A DNA stretch of 64,000 nucleotides from Eledone cirrhosa (taxonomy: Eukaryota), in NCBI GenBank assembly GCA_964016885.1, contig OZ024758.1:38378001-38442000 (forward strand), in the 5' to 3' direction. A program made the position numbers and the translations under genes. The first letter of the stretch is position 1; every line of letters begins with the position of its first letter. Below are positions 1 through 12,987 of the stretch, in pieces. The notes under the pieces are model-generated. The model saw only the letters and a list, made by a program, of their open reading frames with translations. It did no database searches and was not told where the DNA came from.

Positions 1-1520
1 GAAGTAACTCCAATGTTGGTGAGAATTCATTTAAGTTCATGGTATTAGCTGTCAGAAGTAACTCCACTGTTGGTGAGAATTCATTTAAGTTCACGGTACT
101 AGCTGTCAGAAGTAACTCCACTGTTGGTGAGAATTCATTTAAGTTCATGGTATTAGTTTGTCAGAAGTAACTCCACTGTTGGTGAGAATTCATTTAAGTC
201 GTGGTATTAGTTGTCAGAAGTTTACTCCAATGTTGGTGAGAATTCATTTAAGTTCATGGTACTAGCTGTCAGAAGTAACTCCACTGTTGGTGAGAATTCA
301 TTTAAGTTCATGGTATTAGCTGTCAGAAGTAACTCCACTGTTGGTGAGAATTCATTTAAGTTCATGGTATTAGCTGTCAGAAGTAACTCCACTGTTGGTG
401 AGAATTGATTTAAGTTCATGGTACTAGCTGTCAGAAGTAACTCCACTGTTGGTGAGAATTCATTTAAGTTCATGGTACTAGCTGTCAGAAGTAACTCCAC
501 TGTTGGTGAGAATTCAGTTAAGTTCATGGTATTAGTTGTCAGAAGTAACTCCACTGTTGGTGAGAATTCATTTAAATCATGGTATTAGTTGTCAGAAGTA
601 ACTCCAATGTTGGTGAGAATTCATTTAATTTCATGGTACTAGCTGTCAGAAGTAACTCCACTGTTGGTGAGAAATCATTTAAGTCATGGTATTAGTTGTC
701 AGAAGTAACTCCAATGTTGGTGAGAATTCATTTAAGTTCATGGTACTAGCTGTCAGAAGTAACTCCACTGTTGGTAAGAATTCATTTAAGTTCATGGTAT
801 TAGCTGTCAGAAGTAACTCCACTGTTGGTGAGAATTCATTTAAGTCATGGTATTAGTTGTCAGAAGTAACTCCAATGTTGGTGAGAATTCATTTAAGTTC
901 ATGGTACTAGCTGTCAGAAGTAACTCCACTGTTGGTGAGAATTCATTTAAGTTCATGGTTTTAGCTGTCAGAAGTAACTCCACTGTTGGTGAGAATTCAT
1001 TTAAGTCATGGTATTAGCTGTCAGAAGTAACTCCAATGTTGGTGAGAATTCATTTAAGTCTTGGTACTAGCTGTCAGAAGTAACTCCAATGTTGGTGAGA
1101 ATTCAGTTAAGTTCATGGTATTAGCTGTCAGAAGGAACTCCACTGTTGGTGAGAATTCATTTAAGTTCATGGTATTAGCTGTCAGAAGTAACTCCACTGT
1201 TGGTGAGAATTCATTTAAGTTCATGGTACTAGCTGTCAGAAGTAACTCCACTGTTGGTGAGAATTCATTTAAGTTCATGGTACTAGCCGTCAGAAGTAAC
1301 TCCACTGTTGGTGAGAATTCAGTTAAGTTCATGGTATTAGTTGTCAGAAGTAACTCCACTGTTGGTGAGAATTCATTTAAATCATGGTATTAGTTGTCAG
1401 AAGTAACTCCAATGTTGGTGAGAATTCATTTAAGTTCATGGTACTAGCTGTCAGAAGTAACTCCACTGTTGGTGAGAATTCATTTAAGTTCATGGTATTA
1501 GCTGTCAGAAGTAACTCCAC

Positions 1521-4500
1521 TGTTGGTGAGAATTCATTTAAGTCATGGTATTAGCTGTCAGAAGTAACTCCATTGTTGGTGAGAATTCATTTAAGTCATG
1601 GTACTAGCTGTCAGAAGTAACTCCACTGTTGGTGAGAATTCATTTAAGTTCATGGTATTAGCTGTCAGAAGGAACTCCACTGTTGGTAAGAATTCATTTA
1701 AGTTCATGGTATTAGCTGTCAGAAGTAACTCCACTGTTGGTGAGAATTCATTTAAGTTCATGGTACTAGCTGTCAGAAGTAACTCCACTGTTGGTGAGAA
1801 TTCATTTAAGTTCATGGTACTAGCTGTCAGAAGTAACTCCACTGTTGGTGAGAATTCATTTAAGTTCATGGTACTAGCTGTCAGAAGTAACCCCAATGTT
1901 GGTGAGAATTCATTTAAGTTCATGGTATTAGCTGTCAGAAGTCACTCCAATGTTGGTGAGAATTCATTTAAGTTCATGGTATTAGCTGTGAGAAGTCACT
2001 CCACTGTTGGTGAGAATTCATTTAAGTTCATGGTATTATCTGTCAGAAGTACCTCCACTGTTGGTGAGAATTCATTTAAGTTCATGGTATTAGCTGTCAG
2101 AAGTAACTCCACTGTTGGTGAGAATTCATTTAAGTTCATGGTATTAGCTGTCAGAAGTAACTCCACTGTTGGTGAGAATTCATTTAAGTTCATGGTACTA
2201 GCTGTCAGAAGTAACTCCACTGTTGGTGAGAATTCATTTAAGTTCATGGTACTAGCTGTCAGAAGTAACTCCACTGTTGGTGAGAATTCATTTAAGTTCA
2301 TGGTACTAGCTGTCAGAAGTAACCCCAATGTTGGTGAGAATTCATTTAAGCTCATGGTATTAGCTGTCAGAAGTCACTCCAATGTTGGTGAGAATTCATT
2401 TAAGTTCATGGTATTAGCTGTGAGAAGTCACTCCACTGTTGGTGAGAATTCATTTAAGTTCATGGTATTAGCTGTCAGAAGTACCTCCACTGTTGGTGAG
2501 AATTCATTTAAGTTCATGGTATTAGCTGTCAGAAGTAACTCCACTGTTGGTGAGAATTCATTTAAGTTCATGGTATTAGCTGTCAGAAGGAACTCCAATG
2601 TTGGTGAGAATTCATTTAAGTCATGGTACTAGCTGTCAGAAGTAACTCCACTGTTGGTGAGAATTCATTTAAGTTCATGGTATTAGCTGTCAGAAGTAAC
2701 TCCACTGTTGGTGAGAATTCATTTAAGTTCATGGTATTAGTTTGTCAGAAGTAACTCCACTGTTGGTGAGAATTCATTTAATTCATGGTATTAGTTGTCA
2801 GAAGTAACTCCAATGTTGGTGAGAATTCATTTAAGTCATGGTACTAGCTGTCAGAAGTAACTCCAATGTTGGTGAGAATTCATTTAAGTTCATGGTATTA
2901 GCTGTCAGAAGGAACTCCACTGTTGGTGAGAATTCATTTAAGTTCATGGTATTAGCTGTCAGAAGTAACTCCACTGTAGGCGAGAATTCATTTAAGTTCA
3001 TGGTACTAGCTGTCAGAAGTAACTCCAATGTTGGTGAGAATTCATTTAAGTTCATGGTATTAGCTGTCAGAAGTAACTCCACTGTTGGTGAGAATTCATT
3101 TAAGTCATGGTATTAGCTGTCAGAAGTAACTCCAATGTTGGTGAGAATTCATTTAAGTTCATGGTACTAGCTGTCAGAAGTAACTCCACTGTTGGTGAGA
3201 ATTCATTTAAGTTCATGGTATTAGTTTGTCAGAAGTAACTCCACTGTTGGTGAGAATTCATTTAAGTCATGGTATTAGTTGTCAGAAGTTTACTCCAATG
3301 TTGGTGAGAATTCATTTAAGTCATGGTATTAGCTGTCAGAAGTAACTCCATTGTTGGTGAGAATTCATTTAAGTCATGGTACTAGCTGTCAGAAGTAACT
3401 CCACTGTTGGTGAGAATTCATTTAAGTTCATGGTATTAGCTGTCAGAAGGAACTCCACTGTTGGTAAGAATTCATTTAAGTTCATGGTATTAGCTGTCAG
3501 AAGTAACTCCACTGTTGGTGAGAATTCATTTAAGTTCATGGTACTAGCTGTCAGAAGTAACTCCACTGTTGGTGAGAATTCATTTAAGTTCATGGTACTA
3601 GCTGTCAGAAGTAACTCCACTGTTGGTGAGAATTCATTTAAGTTCATGGTACTAGCTGTCAGAAGTAACCCCAATGTTGGTGAGAATTCATTTAAGTTCA
3701 TGGTATTAGCTGTCAGAAGTCACTCCAATGTTGGTGAGAATTCATTTAAGTTCATGGTATTAGCTGTGAGAAGTCACTCCACTGTTGGCGAGAATTCATT
3801 TAAGTTCATGGTACTAGCTGTCAGAAGGAACTCCAATGTTGGTGAGAATTCATTTAAGTCATGGTACTAGCTGTCAGAAGTAACTCCACTGTTGGTGAGA
3901 ATTCATTTAAGTTCATGGTATTAGCTGTCAGAAGTAACTCCACTGTTGGTGAGAATTCATTTAAGTTCATGGTATTAGTTTGTCAGAAGTAACTCCACTG
4001 TTGGTGAGAATTCATTTAATTCATGGTATTAGTTGTCAGAAGTAACTCCAATGTTGGTGAGAATTCATTTAAGTCATGGTACTAGCTGTCAGAAGTAACT
4101 CCAATGTTGGTGAGAATTCATTTAAGTTCATGGTATTAGCTGTCAGAAGGAACTCCACTGTTGGTGAGAATTCATTTAAGTTCATGGTATTAGCTGTCAG
4201 AAGTAACTCCACTGTTGGCGAGAATTCATTTAAGTTCATGGTACTAGCTGTCAGAAGTAACTCCAATGTTGGTGAGAATTCATTTAAGTTCATGGTATTA
4301 GCTGTCAGAAGTAACTCCACTGTTGGTGAGAATTCATTTAAGTCATGGTATTAGCTGTCAGAAGTAACTCCAATGTTGGTGAGAATTCATTTAAGTTCAT
4401 GGTACTAGCTGTCAGAAGTAACTCCACTGTTGGTGAGAATTCATTTAAGTTCATGGTATTAGTTTGTCAGAAGTAACTCCACTGTTGGTGAGAATTCATT

Positions 4501-6804
4501 TAAGTCATGGTATTAGTTGTCAGAAGTTTACTCCAATGTTGGTGAGAATTCATTTAAGTCATGGTATTAGCTGTCAGAAGTAACTCCATTGTTGGTGAGA
4601 ATTCATTTAAGTCATGGTACTAGCTGTCAGAAGTAACTCCACTGTTGGTGAGAATTCATTTAAGTTCATGGTATTAGCTGTCAGAAGGAACTCCACTGTT
4701 GGTAAGAATTCATTTAAGTTCATGGTATTAGCTGTCAGAAGTAACTCCACTGTTGGTGAGAATTCATTTAAGTTCATGGTACTAGCTGTCAGAAGTAACT
4801 CCACTGTTGGTGAGAATTCATTTAAGTTCATGGTACTAGCTGTCAGAAGTAACTCCACTGTTGGTGAGAATTCATTTAAGTTCATGGTACTAGCTGTCAG
4901 AAGTAACCCCAATGTTGGTGAGAATTCATTTAAGTTCATGGTATTAGCTGTCAGAAGTCACTCCAATGTTGGTGAGAATTCATTTAAGTTCATGGTATTA
5001 GCTGTGAGAAGTCACTCCACTGTTGGTGAGAATTCATTTAAGTTCATGGTATTATCTGTCAGAAGTACCTCCACTGTTGGTGAGAATTCATTTAAGTTCA
5101 TGGTATTAGCTGTCAGAAGTAACTCCACTGTTGGTGAGAATTCATTTAAGTTCATGGTATTAGCTGTCAGAAGTAACTCCACTGTTGGTGAGAATTCATT
5201 TAAGTTCATGGTACTAGCTGTCAGAAGTAACTCCACTGTTGGTGAGAATTCATTTAAGTTCATGGTACTAGCTGTCAGAAGTAACTCCACTGTTGGTGAG
5301 AATTCATTTAAGTTCATGGTACTAGCTGTCAGAAGTAACCCCAATGTTGGTGAGAATTCATTTAAGCTCATGGTATTAGCTGTCAGAAGTCACTCCAATG
5401 TTGGTGAGAATTCATTTAAGTTCATGGTATTAGCTGTGAGAAGTCACTCCACTGTTGGTGAGAATTCATTTAAGTTCATGGTATTAGCTGTCAGAAGTAC
5501 CTCCACTGTTGGTGAGAATTCATTTAAGTTCATGGTATTAGCTGTCAGAAGTAACTCCACTGTTGGTGAGAATTCATTTAAGTTCATGGTATTAGCTGTC
5601 AGAAGGAACTCCAATGTTGGTGAGAATTCATTTAAGTCATGGTACTAGCTGTCAGAAGTAACTCCACTGTTGGTGAGAATTCATTTAAGTTCATGGTATT
5701 AGCTGTCAGAAGTAACTCCACTGTTGGTGAGAATTCATTTAAGTTCATGGTATTAGTTTGTCAGAAGTAACTCCACTGTTGGTGAGAATTCATTTAATTC
5801 ATGGTATTAGTTGTCAGAAGTAACTCCAATGTTGGTGAGAATTCATTTAAGTCATGGTACTAGCTGTCAGAAGTAACTCCAATGTTGGTGAGAATTCATT
5901 TAAGTTCATGGTATTAGCTGTCAGAAGGAACTCCACTGTTGGTGAGAATTCATTTAAGTTCATGGTATTAGCTGTCAGAAGTAACTCCACTGTTGGCGAG
6001 AATTCATTTAAGTTCATGGTACTAGCTGTCAGAAGTAACTCCAATGTTGGTGAGAATTCATTTAAGTTCATGGTATTAGCTGTCAGAAGTAACTCCACTG
6101 TTGGTGAGAATTCATTTAAGTCATGGTATTAGCTGTCAGAAGTAACTCCAATGTTGGTGAGAATTCATTTAAGTTCATGGTACTAGCTGTCAGAAGTAAC
6201 TCCACTGTTGGTGAGAATTCATTTAAGTTCATGGTATTAGTTTGTCAGAAGTAACTCCACTGTTGGTGAGAATTCATTTAAGTCATGGTATTAGTTGTCA
6301 GAAGTTTACTCCAATGTTGGTGAGAATTCATTTAAGTCATGGTATTAGCTGTCAGAAGTAACTCCATTGTTGGTGAGAATTCATTTAAGTCATGGTACTA
6401 GCTGTCAGAAGTAACTCCACTGTTGGTGAGAATTCATTTAAGTTCATGGTATTAGCTGTCAGAAGGAACTCCACTGTTGGTAAGAATTCATTTAAGTTCA
6501 TGGTATTAGCTGTCAGAAGTAACTCCACTGTTGGTGAGAATTCATTTAAGTTCATGGTACTAGCTGTCAGAAGTAACTCCACTGTTGGTGAGAATTCATT
6601 TAAGTTCATGGTACTAGCTGTCAGAAGTAACTCCACTGTTGGTGAGAATTCATTTAAGTTCATGGTACTAGCTGTCAGAAGTAACCCCAATGTTGGTGAG
6701 AATTCATTTAAGTTCATGGTATTAGCTGTCAGAAGTCACTCCAATGTTGGTGAGAATTCATTTAAGTTCATGGTATTAGCTGTGAGAAGTCACTCCACTG
6801 TTGG
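1521..6804 (+). repeat. Tandem duplication with 3016-bp (56-monomer) period, about 1.75 copies
   Basis: ORF starts 1598/4614, 2838/5854 and 3376/6392 are all 3016 apart. Shared rare SNPs: tattatct (2039, 5055) and aagctcat (2351, 5367). Confidence 0.9.
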
Positions 6805-9433
6805 TGAGAATTCATTTAAGTTCATGGTATTAGCTGTCAGAAGTACCTCCACTGTTGGTGAGAATTCATTTAAGTTCATGGTATTAGCTGTCAGAAGTAA
6901 CTCCACTGTTGGTGAGAATTCATTTAAGTTCATGGTATTAGCTGTCAGAAGGAACTCCAATGTTGGTGAGAATTCATTTAAGTCATGGTACTAGCTGTCC
7001 GAAGTAACTCCACTGTTGGTGAGAATTCATTTAAGTTCATGGTATTAGCTGTCAGAAGTAACTCCACTGTTGGTGAGAATTCATTTAAGTTCATGGTACT
7101 AGCTGTCAGAAGTAACTCCAATGTTGGTGAGAATTCATTTAAGTTCATGGTATTAGCTGTCAGAAGGAACTCCACTGTTGGTGAGAATTCATTTAAGTTC
7201 ATGGTATTAGCTGTCAGAAGTAACTCCACTGTTGGTGAGAATTCATTTAAGTTCATGGTACTAGTTGTCAGAAGTAACTCCACTGTTGGTGAGAATTCAT
7301 TTAAGTTCATGTTACTAGCTGTCAGAAGTAACTCCACTGTTGGTGAGAATTCATTTAAGTTCATGGTATTAGTTTGTCAGAAGTAACTCCACTGTTGGTG
7401 AGAATTCATTTAAGTTCATGGTATTAGCTGTCAGAAGTAACTCCACTGTTGGTGAGAATTCATTTAAGTTCATGGTACTAGCTGTCAGAAGTAACTCCAA
7501 TGTTGGTGAGAATTCATTTAAGTTCATGGTATTAGCTGTCAGAAGTAACTCCACTGTTGGTGAGAATTCATTTAAGTCATGGTATTAGCTGTCAGAAGTA
7601 ACTCCAATGTTGGTGAGAATTCATTTAAGTTCATGGTATTAGCTGTCAGAAGTAACTCCACTGTTGGTGAGAATTCATTTAAGTTCACGGTACTAGCTGT
7701 CAGAAGTAACTCCACTGTTGGTGAGAATTCATTTAAGTTCATGGTATTAGTTTGTCAGAAGTAACTCCACTGTTGGTGAGAATTCATTTAAGTCGTGGTA
7801 TTAGTTGTCAGAAGTTTACTCCAATGTTGGTGAGAATTCATTTAAGTTCATGGTACTAGCTGTCAGAAGTAACTCCACTGTTGGTGAGAATTCATTTAAG
7901 TTCATGGTATTAGCTGTCAGAAGTAACTCCACTGTTGGTGAGAATTCATTTAAGTCATGGTATTAGCTGTCAGAAGTAACTCCACTGTTGGTGAGAATTC
8001 ATTTAAGTTCATGGTATTAGCTGTCAGAAGTAACTCCACTGTTGGTGAGAATTGATTTAAGTTCATGGTACTAGCTGTCAGAAGTAACTCCACTGTTGGT
8101 GAGAATTCATTTAAGTTCATGGTACTAGCTGTCAGAAGTAACTCCACTGTTGGTGAGAATTCAGTTAAGTTCATGGTATTAGTTGTCAGAAGTAACTCCA
8201 CTGTTGGTGAGAATTCATTTAAATCATGGTATTAGTTGTCAGAAGTAACTCCAATGTTGGTGAGAATTCATTTAATTTCATGGTACTAGCTGTCAGAAGT
8301 AACTCCACTGTTGGTGAGAAATCATTTAAGTCATGGTATTAGTTGTCAGAAGTAACTCCAATGTTGGTGAGAATTCATTTAAGTTCATGGTACTAGCTGT
8401 CAGAAGTAACTCCACTGTTGGTGAGAATTCATTTAAGTTCATGGTATTAGCTGTCACAAGTAACTCCACTGTTGGTGAGAATTCATTTAAGTCATGGTAT
8501 TAGTTGTCAGAAGTAACTCCAATGTTGGTGAGAATTCATTTAAGTTCATGGTACTAGCTGTCAGAAGTAACTCCACTGTTGGTGAGAATTCATTTAAGTT
8601 CATGGTATTAGCTGTCAGAAGTAACTCCACTGTTGGTGAGAATTCATTTAAGTCATGGTATTAGCTGTCAGAAGTAACTCCAATGTTGGTGAGAATTCAT
8701 TTAAGTCTTGGTACTAGCTGTCAGAAGTAACTCCAATGTTGGTGAGAATTCAGTTAAGTTCATGGTATTAGCTGTCAGAAGGAACTCCACTGTTGGTGAG
8801 AATTCATTTAAGTTCATGGTATTAGCTGTCAGAAGTAACTCCACTGTTGGTGAGAATTCATTTAAGTTCATGGTACTAGCTGTCAGAAGTAACTCCACTG
8901 TTGGTGAGAATTCATTTAAGTTCATGGTACTAGCCGTCAGAAGTAACTCCACTGTTGGTGAGAATTCAGTTAAGTTCATGGTATTAGTTGTCAGAAGTAA
9001 CTCCACTGTTGGTGAGAATTCATTTAAATCATGGTATTAGTTGTCAGAAGTAACTCCAATGTTGGTGAGAATTCATTTAAGTTCATGGTACTAGCTGTCA
9101 GAAGTAACTCCACTGTTGGTGAGAATTCATTTAAGTTCATGGTATTAGCTGTCAGAAGTAACTCCACTGTTGGTGAGAATTCATTTAAGTCATGGTATTA
9201 GCTGTCAGAAGTAACTCCATTGTTGGTGAGAATTCATTTAAGTCATGGTACTAGCTGTCAGAAGTAACTCCACTGTTGGTGAGAATTCATTTAAGTTCAT
9301 GGTATTAGCTGTCAGAAGGAACTCCACTGTTGGTAAGAATTCATTTAAGTTCATGGTATTAGCTGTCAGAAGTAACTCCACTGTTGGTGAGAATTCATTT
9401 AATTCATGGTACTAGCTGTCAGAAGTAACCCCG

Positions 9434-12400
9434 ATGTTGGTGAGAATTCATTTAAGTTCATGGTATTAGCTGTCAGAAGTCACTCCAATGTTGGTGAGAA
9501 TTCATTTAAGTTCATGGTATTAGCTGTGAGAAGTCACTCCACTGTTGGTGAGAATTCATTTAAGTTCATGGTATTAGCTGTCAGAAGTACCTCCACTGTT
9601 GGTGAGAATTCATTTAAGTTCATGGTATTAGCTGTCAGAAGTAACTCCACTGTTGGTGAGAATTCATTTAAGTTCATGGTATTAGCTGTCAGAAGTAACT
9701 CCACTGTTGGTGAGAATTCATTTAAGTTCATGGTACTAGCTGTCAGAAGTAACTCCACTGTTGGTGAGAATTGATTTAAGTTCATGGTACTAGCTGTCAG
9801 AAGTAACTCCACTGTTGGTGAGAATTCATTTAAGTTCATGGTACTAGCTGTCAGAAGTAACCCCAATGTTGGTGAGAATTCATTTAAGTTCATGGTATTA
9901 GCTGTCAGAAGTCACTCCAATGTTGGTGAGAATTCATTTAAGTTCATGGTATTAGCTGTGAGAAGTCACTCCACTGTTGGTGAGAATTCATTTAAGTTCA
10001 TGGTATTAGCTGTCAGAAGTACCTCCACTGTTGGTGAGAATTCATTTAAGTTCATGGTATTAGCTGTCAGAAGTAACTCCACTGTTGGTGAGAATTCATT
10101 TAAGTTCATGGTATTAGCTGTCAGAAGGAACTCCAATGTTGGTGAGAATTCATTTAAGTCATGGTACTAGCTGTCAGAAGTAACTCCACTGTTGGTGAGA
10201 ATTCATTTAAGTTCGTGGTATTAGCTGTCAGAAGTAACTCCACTGTTGGTGAGAATTCATTTAAGTTCATGGTATTAGTTTGTCAGAAGTAACTCCACTG
10301 TTGGTGAGAATTCATTTAATTCATGGTATTAGTTGTCAGAAGTAACTCCAATGTTGGTGAGAATTCATTTAAGTCATGGTACTAGCTGTCAGAAGTAACT
10401 CCAATGTTGGTGAGAATTCATTTAAGTTCATGGTATTAGCTGTCAGAAGGAACTCCACTGTTGGTGAGAATTCATTTAAGTTCATGGTATTAGCTGTCAG
10501 AAGTAACTCCACTGTTGGCGAGAATTCATTTAAGTTCATGGTACTAGCTGTCAGAAGTAACTCCAATGTTGGTGAGAATTCATTTAAGTTCATGGTATTA
10601 GCTGTCAGAAGTAACTCCACTGTTGGTGAGAATTCATTTAAGTCATGGTATTAGCTGTCAGAAGTAACTCCAATGTTGGTGAGAATTCATTTAAGTTCAT
10701 GGTACTAGCTGTCAGAAGTAACTCCACTGTTGGTGAGAATTCATTTAAGTTCATGGTATTAGTTTGTCAGAAGTAACTCCACTGTTGGTGAGAATTCATT
10801 TAAGTCATGGTATTAGTTGTCAGAAGTTTACTCCAATGTTGGTGAGAATTCATTTAAGTTCATGGTACTAGCTGTCAGAAGTAACTCCACTGTTGGTGAG
10901 AATTCATTTAAGTTCATGGTATTAGCTGTCAGAAGTAACTCCACTGTTGGTGAGAATTCATTTAAGTCATGGTATTAGCTGTCAGAAGTAACTCCAATGT
11001 TGGTGAGAATTCATTTAAGTCATGGTACTAGCTGTCAGAAGTAACTCCAATGTTGGTGAGAATTCAGTTAAGTTCATGGTATTAGTTTGTCAGAAGTAAC
11101 TCCACTGTTGGTGAGAATTCATTTAAGTCATGGTATTAGTTGTCAGAAGTTTACTCCAATGTTGGTGAGAATTCATTTAAGTTCATGGTACTAGCTGTCA
11201 GAAGTAACCTCAATGTTGGTGAGAATTCATTTAAGTTCATGGTATTAGCTGTCAGAAGTCACTCCAATGTTGGTGAGAATTCATTTAAGTTCATGGTATT
11301 AGCTGTGAGAAGTCACTCCACTGTTGGTGAGAATTCATTTAAGTTCATGGTATTAGCTGTCAGAAGTACCTCCACTGTTGGTGAGAATTCATTTAAGTTC
11401 ATGGTATTAGCTGTCAGAAGTAACTCCACTGTTGGTGAGAATTCATTTAAGTTCATGGTATTAGCTGTCAGAAGTAACTCCACTGTTGGTGAGAATTCAT
11501 TTAAGTTCATGGTACTAGCTGTCAGAAGTAACTCCACTGTTGGTGAGAATTGATTTAAGTTCATGGTACTAGCTGTCAGAAGTAACTCCACTGTTGGTGA
11601 GAATTCATTTAAGTTCATGGTACTAGCTGTCAGAAGTAACCCCAATGTTGGTGAGAATTCATTTAAGTTCATGGTATTAGCTGTCAGAAGTCACTCCAAT
11701 GTTGGTGAGAATTCATTTAAGTTCATGGTATTAGCTGTGAGAAGTCACTCCACTGTTGGTGAGAATTCATTTAAGTTCATGGTATTAGCTGTCAGAAGTA
11801 CCTCCACTGTTGGTGAGAATTCATTTAAGTTCATGGTATTAGCTGTCAGAAGTAACTCCACTGTTGGTGAGAATTCATTTAAGTTCATGGTATTAGCTGT
11901 CAGAAGGAACTCCAATGTTGGTGAGAATTCATTTAAGTCATGGTACTAGCTGTCAGAAGTAACTCCACTGTTGGTGAGAATTCATTTAAGTTCGTGGTAT
12001 TAGCTGTCAGAAGTAACTCCACTGTTGGTGAGAATTCATTTAAATTCATGGTATTAGTTTGTCAGAAGTAACTCCACTGTTGGTGAGAATTCATTTAATT
12101 CATGGTATTAGTTGTCAGAAGTAACTCCAATGTTGGTGAGAATTCATTTAAGTCATGGTACTAGCTGTCAGAAGTAACTCCAATGTTGGTGAGAATTCAT
12201 TTAAGTTCATGGTATTAGCTGTCAGAAGGAACTCCACTGTTGGTGAGAATTCATTTAAGTTCATGGTATTAGCTGTCAGAAGTAACTCCACTGTTGGCGA
12301 GAATTCATTTAAGTTCATGGTACTAGCTGTCAGAAGTAACTCCAATGTTGGTGAGAATTCATTTAAGTTCATGGTATTAGCTGTCAGAAGTAACTCCACT

Positions 12401-12987
12401 GTTGGTGAGAATTCATTTAAGTCATGGTATTAGCTGTCAGAAGTAACTCCAATGTTGGTGAGAATTCATTTAAGTTCATGGTACTAGCTGTCAGAAGTAA
12501 CTCCACTGTTGGTGAGAATTCATTTAAGTTCATGGTATTAGTTTGTCAGAAGTAACTCCACTGTTGGTGAGAATTCATTTAAGTCATGGTATTAGTTGTC
12601 AGAAGTTTACTCCAATGTTGGTGAGAATTCATTTAAGTTCATGGTACTAGCTGTCAGAAGTAACTCCACTGTTGGTGAGAATTCATTTAAGTTCATGGTA
12701 TTAGCTGTCAGAAGTAACTCCACTGTTGGTGAGAATTCATTTAAGTCATGGTATTAGCTGTCAGAAGTAACTCCAATGTTGGTGAGAATTCATTTAAGTC
12801 ATGGTACTAGCTGTCAGAAGTAACTCCAATGTTGGTGAGAATTCAGTTAAGTTCATGGTATTAGTTTGTCAGAAGTAACTCCACTGTTGGTGAGAATTCA
12901 TTTAAGTCATGGTATTAGTTGTCAGAAGTTTACTCCAATGTTGGTGAGAATTCATTTAAGTTCATGGTACTAGCTGTCAGAAGTAAC
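9434..12987 (+). repeat. Tandem duplication with 1779-bp (33-monomer) period
   Basis: ORF starts 9784/11563 and 10376/12155 are 1779 apart, with shared gaattg and ttcgtgg variants. The same pair recurs at 38146/39925 and 38738/40517. Confidence 0.88.

Noticed and set aside
1598-2632. 344-aa + strand ORF of MVLAVRSNSTVGENSFKF repeats (also 4614-5648, 32976-34010 and all shorter + strand ORFs)
   Set aside because: 54 is divisible by 3, so any stop-free frame stays open until an indel monomer. Frameshifting 53/55-bp monomers and TGA variants are frequent and have been amplified, most variants are non-synonymous, and there is no unique N- or C-terminus. Not a repeat-protein gene.
10211-10227. 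CENP-B box-like motif in the ttcgtggta variant
   Set aside because: It matches TTCG-N4-A but lacks the essential CGGG half (6 of 9 core bases) and occurs only in a minor variant.
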